A stretch of DNA of 64,000 bases from Dimorphilus gyrociliatus (Eukaryota; Animalia; Annelida): contig CAJFCJ010000014.1 of the NCBI GenBank assembly GCA_904063045.1, positions 1,423,643-1,487,642 of the forward strand, read 5' to 3'. Under the pieces are notes generated by a model, which saw only the letters and a list, made by a program, of their open reading frames with translations, was not told where the DNA came from and made no database searches. The position numbers and the translations under genes were made by a program. The stretch's first letter is position 1. Every line of letters begins with the position of its first letter. Shown here piece after piece: positions 54,548-64,000 of this stretch.

Positions 54548-56636
54548 ATGACGTCTCCAAATAATTCTCCAACAAACCCAACGGAGAAAGAAGTGGAAAG
54601 TGCTGAAAAAAAGAGCCGTTTTCTTCCTTACCAAGAAGGTCACTCAAAGAAGCGATTGTGTAATCGTGAAAGTGACAACTCTGAGGAAGAAAACGACAAC
54701 CAGGTTAATGTTAACCTCCCTGACAGTGAATTAAAAAATTTGGACATAGCATCAGAGAGTCAGAATGAAGATATCTTTCCAAATTTACCTTTCTGTTTAC
54801 AACAAGACGGCGAAGAAAACAATGCAGATTCACGATCAGAATCTACAATGCCTTCCCCAGGCAGAGAAGAACATGACGAAGATGTTGACGACGAAAGGGA
54901 AGACAGCCAATTAAGTACAAGTTCACTAGATACCGATAGACCCTTATTCTTGAAAGAAATTAGGTCAAAAAGAAGGAAACTTTTAATTCCCAGTGAAACT
55001 ACTAGTAGCGAACATAGTGATGATAGTGATTCTGACGATTCTAATGATTCTGACTCTAGAATAACAGATAGTAGTCCCGCAAGCGTTGAAAACGATATTT
55101 TAAAAAGCCAGAGAATATCTAAATCACTTGATAGACAATCAATTGTTAATAAATACAACTTGACAGAACTTATCTTTTGCAAAGAAACAGGAGTGAAAAA
55201 AGCAAAAACTTTCTCAAGAGATGTTATTTCACTTCAACATAACATAACTCGTTTGTCAAAATACGGATTATTGGATGAACATAATGGTTGTGTAAATGCT
55301 TTACATTTTAATGAAACAGGAACTCTTATAGCTTCAGGTAGTGATGATATGAATATAATTCTTTGGGACTGGGAAAGACTAAAACCATACGTTATTTATG
55401 GTAGTGGTCATGAAGCTAATGTATTTCAATGCAAATTCCTACCCGCTTCGAATGATTCTGTCATTATAAGCGCTGCGCGAGATGGTCAAATAAGAATAGC
55501 TGATATTAGTTCCTCAGGTACATGTAAAGGAACGCGTAGATTGGCTCGACATGAGGGACCTGCTCATAGGGTAAATAAACAATCTCCAACAAAGCGATAT
55601 GTAATTTCAACTTCCATAACAGATAACGCTATTCCATGATTCTTGTCATGAATTTTTAACTTGCGGAGAGGACGGACTAGTCTATCAAATTGACTGTAGA
55701 GAACCGAAACCAGTGAAGTAAGATTCTTTCTCGGAAATTTTCCTAATTATCCTAGAAATTTGCTTATCTTTTTTTAGATTATTGATTGTGAAAGAAGAAT
55801 CAAAGCTCATGCCTCTATATTCAATTCATGCAAATCCTATGAATTCAAATGAATTTTGTGTTGGAGGAAAAGATCCCTATATTAGAGTTTTTGATAGAAG
55901 AAAAATTAAAAGATCGAATAAAGTCCTTTCCCCCGACCCAATTAAAAAATACTGTCCACATCATCTCACAAAAAAAGATAGGGCCAATGTTACATGCGCA
56001 TGTTATAATTACGATGGTTCAGAGATCCTTGGAACATATAACGACGACGACATTTACCTTTTCAACAATAATCATTCGGATGGAGATGATTTTAAGCACA
56101 GATATTCTGGACATAGAAACAATCAAACAGTAAAAGGAGTTAATTTCTACGGACAGAGGAATGAATATATAGTCAGTGGCAGCGATTGTGGAAATATATT
56201 TTTCTGGGAGAAGGAGAGCGAGGCTATTGTTAGCTATTTTAAAGGTGATAACGGTGGGGTTGTGAATGTTCTTGAACCTCATCCAACCTTACCAGTATTA
56301 GCTACTAGCGGATTAGATAACGATGTTAAATTGTGGATGCCAAACCCTTCGGAGGACAATTCTCTAGAAGATTTAGAAGTGTTAATGGACAACAATTGGG
56401 ACGACAGAAAAGCAGATAAACGATTGATGCCATATGCAGATGATGAAAGCATGATACGGCATTTGATGAGAACTTTATCACAGAGACGAACTGTAGGCTA
56501 AAACAAAATAAAAGTAGCTTATTAAGTAATAATTGTTTATTATTTTTTTTTGCAGACTGCTGATGATTCTAGCAGGGACTGGAATATTACTGATGATGGC
56601 GACGATAGCCATCAAATACAGTGTGCCCCTCAGTGA
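54548..56636 (+). CDS. DCAF8: DDB1- and CUL4-associated factor 8 (WD40)
   Basis: Exons 54548-55570, 55623-55717, 55778-56492 and 56556-56636. Acidic N-terminus, HNGCVNALHFN, SGSDD, YSGHRNNQTVKGVNFYG, VSGSDCG, LATSGLD and a QCAPQ end. Confidence 0.93.
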
Positions 56637-57297
56637 AACTCTTCACTAAATTGAACTGCTCCATTTAGTATAAATGATTATATACAGTATATATATATTA
56701 TATTTATATATGTATTTCTGCTCGTGTATTTATGTTTATCAAATTAATATTAAAAGTTCTGTTTTGATTATAATGAGTTTATATTTTAGAAATAAATAAT
56801 GTAAAATGACTGAATATCTATAAATTTGACAGATTTTATTTTGGTAAAATATTCTTTTATCCCTTGATTTATACATTTTCTTTTCATTGAATTTAAAAAC
56901 GAAAGAAGAAACTGTATAATTACAGGTATTCTGTAATCTATAAATGTATTTTCTATGTGTCCATACAATACGTATTGTCATATGGCAGAAAACTAGTCAA
57001 TATGGTGTTCTTAAAATTGTTTATCATAAATAAAATACTTGTTTATCTCCGTTATTTAGTTTATTTTCTTAATTAAGTTTACAATAATGGTATTTCATGA
57101 TTGTTTCATTTTGTGGAGCATTTATAGAAATGACTAAAAGAAAATAGAAAAATAGCGTAGTGTGAGAGAAATAATCATCAGGAGTCTTTTATTTAGTCTA
57201 TAGACACTATTGCAAAAATAAATACTGTACAGGTGAAAACGGTACAAATAACAACAAACTAATTATTTGATAAAAAATTGAAACTATAAAACAATAT

Positions 57298-58338
57298 CTA
57301 TGGAGGTAAGTGACGTGGTTCAAAATTTGCTTTAAATAAACGCTTCTCAGCCGGCTCCTCAATATCCATAAAGTTCTCAACGCTATTAAAGTATTTGTTT
57401 AAAATATCATATTGCTTAACTGACACAAAATCATCCAGATTGTCCGTTTTAATATCTCTTAATGTTAATTTTCTTTTCCGACTACGCATACTACTGGTCA
57501 TTGATTTATAAGCAGACTCTTCGCTTGTTTCTTTACTAGAGAAAGAAAATGTTGAAGCTATTTCTAAATTTAAAGACCAATCATCATTTGAACTTGAAGA
57601 GCTATTATCATGTAATGCTTGGTCTTTAATTGTGACCTTTTCTAAGTTTGTATTGATGTCTGAATCTTCATCTATTTTGCATACATATTCCTCAATGCTT
57701 TTAAAATATCGATCTAAGTTGTTGATTTTCTTTTGATGCATAGTGAAAACATCTACATTATCCTCAGAAGTAAGATCTTTTAGAGAGAATATATTATCAC
57801 TTTCTACAGATTTGCTATCGTCTTCTGAACTTTCCCAAATAGAATCAATAGATTCTTCGTCAGAGGTTGCACTCGAAGTTGAACTTCCAATTGTTTCCTC
57901 ACCAGATGATCTTTTTGAAATATCTTCATCTATACTAAAATTTCCCAATCTTGGTAAGACTGAAGTTATCCTCTTTCCGAATTTCCAATGGTCTGTCCTA
58001 TTCGTTAAAAATCCTATTATGAAAGAAACATTAAAATATATATTATCAAATAGAATCATTTCCCTTACCATTATCTTCACAAATTCTTAAACTATCTATG
58101 TCCACGACGTCGGAGGAGGTAAACTCATGATTATACTGAAAAAGGCGCGTAAGATTTATAATAACACTTGTATTATCGCTCACAAATTTAAAATTAAATT
58201 TTGAACTTGACCTGAAAAGTTATTAAATATTAGAATAAGTTCAATCTTTACCTTTTTACAAATTTTATCAAGATTGGCTAAGTAGAAATCTTTTAGAAAG
58301 ATATCTGGTTTGATGATATTATCTCCTCCTGAAGCCAT
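57298..58338 (-). CDS. Candidate Scm3/HJURP-like CENP-A chaperone, 289 aa
   Basis: Exons 58338-58252, 58135-58069 and 58013-57298 (870 nt). The spliced N-terminus LDKICKK|YNHEFTSSDVVDIDSLRICEDN|GFL matches the Scm3 domain pattern. Confidence 0.7.
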
Positions 58339-58429
58339 GTACGCTAAAAATAGGCTCGCATTTAAATTTGACCCGACTGTTTTTTGCCGTTTTCTTAGAC
58401 AACGTAGTTGGAACGTATAAACGATAAAT
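58339..58429. promoter_or_regulatory. Ultra-short (91 bp) divergent intergenic region
   Basis: Lies between the ATG at 58338 (-) and the ATG at 58430 (+). Confidence 0.55.
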
Positions 58430-60265
58430 ATGGGGAAAAAGAAAAAATCAAAGCATAGGCATCGTTCTTCCAGTGATTCTGACGAACTAAGTGAAAAAAT
58501 AGATCGAATGAATTACAAGAAAATGTTAAAATTAAAGGAACAACGTCGAAGGGAGAAAGAAGAACTGAAAGCGACTGAATCAATTGAAGAGAAACGTCGT
58601 AGACGTATGGAAAAGAAGGAGGCCAAAGAGAGGAAAAAGAAGGCTGCAATGGGTTGGACAGAGGAAGATTTACGCTATTCGAATACGGAAAACCCTTTCG
58701 GAGATGATAAGCTGTTGGAGCCATTTGTTTGGCAAAAGAAGATAAAGGCTGAGGGAAAAGAGTCCTTACAAGAGCAAGAAATAGAAAAAATGACTCGAGA
58801 GAAGATGATTGAAAATAAAGCTGAACTTGAAAAAGTTCGAAGACGAAGGATGGAAAGAGAAAGACAAATAGAAGAAATGGCAAGTCAAAGAGAAATGTTA
58901 CAGAGAGAAAAGGAAGCGGATTATTATAAAGCTTGGGAAAAGCAAGAGGATGACTTCCATCTGAAGCAGGCAAGACTTAGATCTGAAATAAGAATAAAAG
59001 ACGGTCGAGCAAAGCCTATCGATATTTTAGCAAAATATCTTACTCTAGAGGATGACGAATGTTCCTTAAACATAAATATGCAAAAACCGCACTCATTATT
59101 AGTGGGATTATCAGTTTCCGATCTACTGGATTTACAAGAGGATATAAAAATTTATTTGGAATTAGAGGAAGGGAAAAATCAGCAATATTGGAGAGATTTA
59201 TTGGTTGTAGCAGAAGATGAACTATCCACGGCTCGTACTGCGGAGGCGTATGGCAGTTTTACAAGAGACAGGTCGTCAGGTTTAAATCAAACTGTTAATG
59301 AAGACGTCGAAAAAATTTTTAGGGGCAAAAGTCTCAGGCAATTAGAGTTATTACGTGATGAAATATCTACGAAACTTCAGAAACCTAATGAAGGGGTTGA
59401 TACAGGTTATTGGGAAAGTTTGCAAGTACGACTAAAAACGTACGTTGCAAAACAAAGATTAACCGAAAAGCATGATGAGGTGATGAAAAAACGTTTGTTA
59501 AAGATTAAGGAAGAGCAAGGATTAAGGAACAGCCCTATTGAAAAAGTCGAACAAGACAGGAATACTCCTTCTCCTGAGCCTAGTCAGGATGAAAACCCTC
59601 AGAGGGAAGAAGACGAAGAAGTCGATGATAATCCCTATCGAGAATATGAATTAGGAAATTTTTCTCCCACTTTTTTGAGACCTCAAGATTTAGATGCAGA
59701 AATTTATGTCGTTGATGAAGAGGAGGATTATAGAAATTTATTGAAAGCTAGAATGCGTCTCCAGACGACTGGCTCAACTGCACTTACTGAGGCAGAGAGA
59801 GAATTTGAAAAGAAAGCTAGAGAAGGAATGGATGGGGCTGAAGCTATTTTCGGGGTGGAATACGCTCTTACCAAACAGTCTGCAGCTTGGAATGATAAAT
59901 ATCGGCCAAGAAAGCCAAGATTTTTCAACAGAGTTCACACAGGATTCGAATGGAATAAATATAATCAAACTCATTATGACATGGATAATCCACCACCAAA
60001 AGTTGTACAGGGTTACAAGTTTAACATCTTTTTCCCTGATTTAATAGATAAAAGAAAACCCCCAAATTACTCGATAACAACGATTCCTGGTGAACAAGAC
60101 TTTTGCGTTTTAAGATTTACAGCCGGTCCACCATATGAAGACATCGCTTTTAAAATAGTTAATCGAGATTGGGAAACAAGTTTTAAAAGAGGTTTTAGAT
60201 GTCAATTTGTAAATAACATTTTCCAATTGTGGTTTCACTTTAAGAAAATGAGATATCGCCGATAA
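58430..60265 (+). CDS. CACTIN: Cactin, intronless
   Basis: Contains NPFGD..L..PFVW.KK, EDDFHLKQARLRSEIRIKDGRAKPID, KYRPRKPRFFNRVHTGFEWNKYNQTHYDMDNPPPKVVQGYKFNIF and FQLWFHFKKMRYRR. Confidence 0.98.
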   Translation: MGKKKKSKHRHRSSSDSDELSEKIDRMNYKKMLKLKEQRRREKEELKATESIEEKRRRRMEKKEAKERKKKAAMGWTEEDLRYSNTENPFGDDKLLEPFVWQKKIKAEGKESLQEQEIEKMTREKMIENKAELEKVRRRRMERERQIEEMASQREMLQREKEADYYKAWEKQEDDFHLKQARLRSEIRIKDGRAKPIDILAKYLTLEDDECSLNINMQKPHSLLVGLSVSDLLDLQEDIKIYLELEEGKNQQYWRDLLVVAEDELSTARTAEAYGSFTRDRSSGLNQTVNEDVEKIFRGKSLRQLELLRDEISTKLQKPNEGVDTGYWESLQVRLKTYVAKQRLTEKHDEVMKKRLLKIKEEQGLRNSPIEKVEQDRNTPSPEPSQDENPQREEDEEVDDNPYREYELGNFSPTFLRPQDLDAEIYVVDEEEDYRNLLKARMRLQTTGSTALTEAEREFEKKAREGMDGAEAIFGVEYALTKQSAAWNDKYRPRKPRFFNRVHTGFEWNKYNQTHYDMDNPPPKVVQGYKFNIFFPDLIDKRKPPNYSITTIPGEQDFCVLRFTAGPPYEDIAFKIVNRDWETSFKRGFRCQFVNNIFQLWFHFKKMRYRR

Positions 60266-60430
60266 AATTAGTTTTCAATATTACTTTTATGATATACATA
60301 TAAACCTTTTTCATTAAATCATTTGTTTGTTCCGTTTATAACTTTTAGATACAAAATATACATTGAAGAAAAGTTATTAGTTAATAATCGCTTGCTATTA
60401 TTCTTAAAGAATGCTTCTAATTCTTGCAAT

Positions 60431-60958
60431 TCAGAAAAAGCAAAATTCACCAAAAAAGCCACATTTCTCCCAGAAATCCCAAGCTATATCGTCCGCAGTT
60501 ATAAGATGAACAAAAAGCATTCTTCCTATTAAGGCAACGTATGACATAATTTGAAACATATAGGAAGAGCTAGATGGACCGAAAAGACAAAAAACAAATA
60601 AATCCCACCATGAAAGATTGGCGAAATTGACACCTAACAGGCAGAAAACAATCATTAATAAAATCCTTTTATTCTGACCTAAGCTGCTTTGTTTCGTCTG
60701 GATTTCCCTTTGGGAATTTTCTCCGTTTTGACAGAGGAAGCATTCTTTCAGACTAATTTGTGCCGTATCGACATCTGTTTCCTGGAAACTCGAACGTTTC
60801 CTATTAATTTTATGGGTTAGTGTATTTCTTAAAGGTTTTTCACGAGTAATTTTTTGGCATTTGCATCGTCTTTTTACTTTTAAATAAGGTTGAAGATTCT
60901 GTGTAGAGGTAGACTTTTCTACTTTTTTTATACTACTATTTCGTTTAAAATTTAACAT
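60431..60958 (-). CDS. Unknown small protein with a basic N-terminal half and hydrophobic C-terminal segments
   Basis: 175-codon ORF filling the gap between Cactin and GSTCD. A possible in-frame 45-nt intron near 60646-60690 cannot be resolved. No family recognised. Confidence 0.45.
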   Translation of the reverse strand: MLNFKRNSSIKKVEKSTSTQNLQPYLKVKRRCKCQKITREKPLRNTLTHKINRKRSSFQETDVDTAQISLKECFLCQNGENSQREIQTKQSSLGQNKRILLMIVFCLLGVNFANLSWWDLFVFCLFGPSSSSYMFQIMSYVALIGRMLFVHLITADDIAWDFWEKCGFFGEFCFF

Positions 60959-61403
60959 ATGTTGTTAGATGATATAATTTATATTTGAATAATTTTTTAA
61001 TCATTTTTGACGTCAATAACCTAGAAATTTAATTATATATATAAATGTATATCCTTAGGTATTAAAGAAATAATAGAGAACAAACTAATTCTACAACCTT
61101 GAAAAAATTTTTTCATAAAGATATTCGTGGAATCTATAGATTTTTTATATCTCTATTCGTATTATACAAAATTAATAAAAAGCATGAAGCTATTCACTAT
61201 GAAGATACTCTTAAGGGCATTTTTAGCTCTTTGAATTTGAAAATTGTTGCGGGCCTATAACTACTGTAAATTATAAAAACTGGTAAAGGTATTCCACGAG
61301 TTTCACCCAAGGCTTTATTTGGCGTGTATAGTATGTGTTTTTTTTTATTAGAATAAATGAAGTATAGTTATCAACAAAGAACTAATTAATCTGTTCAGGC
61401 AAT

Positions 61404-63086
61404 ATGCTAGGGGATAAGGTATTGATTTTATATACTTGCTCTTGAAGAATGACAATAAAATTTTACTTTTACTGTTTTTCGAACAGAACTATAAAATTTA
61501 TTTAGCAAAATACGATTGTATCTTTTCAAAGATAGTCCAATTCGTATTGGAACTCTGTAAAGTAAAACAAAGTAAAATTATCTGGAAAGATGAGATTGAA
61601 ACCTGTGATTTTCCTTATCTGGAAGATTCAAGAAGAAGTCTAACTGTGTCCGGATTATGCAGTGTATTGAGGTATATTATAAAATGTAGCGATGATGAAG
61701 AAAAAAAAAAATTACTGAGCCATAAAGGAAATTGCTTGAAGGCTCCATCTGAAGTTAGTGCATGGACAAGGTATATATACCTTTTCTATTATCGATTTCA
61801 TATTGATGTTACAATCTCAAAAATTAGGTATTGCGAAATTGAACTGCCAACAGTCGTAAGCGGAGTGGATGACAAACAAATAATTCGTTTTGAAAATCAT
61901 CTCTCTACACCAGTTTCTTTATCGAATGGAAGGTTTGAAGGATTGTCAGCAGATCCAGAATTGGAAAATTGTTTGGAGTGTAGAAAGAATTTTGCTGGCG
62001 ATCACTTATTCACTGATGGACCGAAAATGACATTGGCTGACTTAATCTTATTTATCAACTTTTCGTTAATTAACAAGGAACGGTTAGAAACCTTTCGCTT
62101 GATACGGAACTGGTAAGTAGAAATATGTATAGACCTGCTTTCTTTATTATATTATTCTCATTGACAGGTATAGAAGAGTTTTGCAAGTTCCATGTATTAT
62201 TCAGACTTCCTTTTCATTAGGCTTAACTACGCATGACTTTTCGTGTGCTTGTTCTTGTGAAAAAACTAAATTTTTCGAAACAAACTCTATTTCTATTCGA
62301 GAGAACGTAAAACCTCCACAAAGCTTTTCAATAAGCCAATTATCTTCTTCAGAGTCCAGAGCTGAAAAACATTTTAATACTATTAAAACTGTTAATAAGG
62401 AATATGACCCTCTTGATTGGGACACAATACCTTTGCCTTTACACCCGTCAGTTCCAGATAAAAGAAAACTTCGAAAAAAACAACAATTAGATTACATTAT
62501 TGGCTGCGTTAATTCTTTTGTTGAACCAGGTCAAGTTATTGTTGACATGTGTGCAGGGAGTGGACATTTGGGATTGGTACTAGCTAATCTTCGACCGGAT
62601 TGTACAATTATAGTGGTAGAAAGTAAAGAAGAAAGTATTGAACGTTGCTATAATATTCGAGAGAAATTAGGTTTAAATAATCTAAAAATCTACTTCTCTC
62701 AGCTATCACATATCAGAATGAAATTTGATTTTGGCGTTGCTCTGCATGCTTGTGGTTCTGCCTCAGATTCTGTTATAGAAAAATGTCTTGAAATGGCTGC
62801 TTCATTAGTATTGGTGCCTTGCTGTTACGGTTCAATTCGTAGGACACATAATGTAACTTATCCTAGATCCAAGCTATTTAACGAACTGGAATACGAGAAT
62901 TATCTAGCAATATGCAGAATAGCTGACCAGCATAGTTCCAATAAAGAGAGATCTAAACGTTCATCAGATCTAATCGATACTGACCGTCTAAAGTACGTAG
63001 AAGAGTGCGGGTATTCAACATGTTTCTTATCACAATTGCCAGAGGATTCTAGCCCTAAAAATAATTTACTGATATGTCTAAAGTAA
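61404..63086 (+). CDS. GSTCD: Glutathione S-transferase C-terminal domain-containing protein (with methyltransferase domain)
   Basis: Exons 61404-61418, 61487-61770, 61828-62112 and 62168-63086. Contains SGLCSVLR, GNCLKAPSEVSAWT, TLADLILF, RKKQQLD, VDMCAGSGHLG, ALHACG, LVPCCYG and SPKNNLL. Confidence 0.93.
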
Positions 63087-63385
63087 ATACATTTATATAA
63101 TTAAATGAATGCCTAAAATACGCTAGAGTTGTAAAATCTCTCTTTGAATAGTTCTATTTACAAAAGTAAGGTAAAGACAGTAAAAATTTAAAGATGAATA
63201 TGGATAATTCGAATTTTTATTCTCTAAGTTTGAACACCGGCGCATTATGATACAACCATTTATAAATAATAAACTAATTTTACCTATTTTAAATAGGCTA
63301 AAAATCTTTTGCATAAGATAAGCGAAGCTCGCTCAAGAACTTAAAAGTATCACCAAATGTAAAAAGAATAATAACAATGTAATAG

Positions 63386-63972
63386 TTATCTGTCGTATTG
63401 CAGGAGAATTACAGGTATTGTTACAGCTAATAGATGAAAAATGTCTAAACTAATAACTCTAGAAGAATTAAGGATTTCTTTAGATTCCTCGTAGGTTGTT
63501 GGACCATTTTCCCTTTTGGGAGGCTGGTACGAATCGTCTCTTGTACCTTTAGGGAAAATTTCTGATAAAATTAGATAATTAAATGAAAATCTTTAGGATT
63601 GTTAGGACACTTACTTATGTTCTTTCGTGTAGTATTTGGTAAAATGGGAGCAGGACCCTCGCAAACCTTTTCTCTGTGATCTATTAATAGGTCAATGTAT
63701 CAAATATAAGCTATTGTCTTACGAAGATCACCAACCTTTATGCATTTGGACAGTTATATCGACTTCAGTTGTATCGACTAATTGTCTGGCAGAACTTAAG
63801 CTACATTGAGCGTCTCTCATTCGGGCAGCTTGAATCCAAGTAGGGTAAGGGGCGCTATGAACAATCGAATCAATAACCCAACAATTGTACTTGTAAGGTT
63901 CGTGTCGTCCATAACTAGTAATCAAGTAGCTTTGATCCGAATTTATTTTATAGAAAGCTTCGCACTTGTAAT
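63386..63972 (-). CDS. 3' exons of a Cys-containing extracellular, probably GPI-anchored protein (5' end outside window)
   Basis: Three exons join in frame: YKCEAFYK..YLIT..YKYNCWV...KVCEGPAP...NSSRVISLDIFHLLAVTIPVILLQYDR*. The C-terminus is hydrophobic. Confidence 0.6.
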
Positions 63973-64000
63973 CTGTATAGTTTATAAAAATTTTATCAAA

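Noticed and set aside
10085-58973. Long antisense ORFs (10085-10351, 40544-40834, 54760-55182, 57743-58090, 58395-58973)
   Set aside because: Shadows of low-complexity acidic or Ser-rich coding exons on the opposite strand.
1-64000. CRISPR arrays, prokaryotic defence operons, tRNA/rRNA genes, intact transposase or reverse-transcriptase ORFs
   Set aside because: None seen; the window is intron-containing animal DNA.

Overview
AT-rich (~30% GC), very gene-dense eukaryotic (animal) DNA with mostly 45-120 nt introns. About 24 protein-coding genes can be reconstructed, many in head-to-head pairs: OLA1 (3' part), a B4GAT1/GT49-like gene, an atypical dual-specificity phosphatase, a ~1020-aa pseudokinase, AMD1, a C2H2 zinc-finger gene, RIC1, RPP30, SEPSECS, SIL1, SNRPC, ATF7IP-like, ERCC6L, ETFA, YEATS2, a divergent KIF-binding-protein-like gene, RETSAT, DCAF8, an Scm3/HJURP-like gene, Cactin, an unknown membrane protein, GSTCD and the 3' end of a probable GPI-anchored protein. 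The architecture is compatible with a miniaturised spiralian genome such as a meiofaunal annelid; this is inference and I cannot identify the species. No tRNA, rRNA, CRISPR array or intact transposon was recognised. Highlights: (1) AMD1 has a U12-type AT-AC intron, and its UGA stop is followed by a 70-codon in-frame hydrophobic tail ending in Pro-Ser-stop, a motif known from polyamine-sensing uORFs. (2) An otherwise unrecognisable 289-aa gene has an Scm3/HJURP-type CENP-A-binding motif that appears only after splicing. (3) Three neighbouring genes appear to be pseudoenzymes, and two of them may be nested in a long AMD1 5' intron. (4) TACAGTA/TACTGTA motifs embedded in TA runs resemble Tc1/mariner excision footprints. 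All exon models were built by hand from splice signals, reading frame and remembered family motifs, with no database searches.
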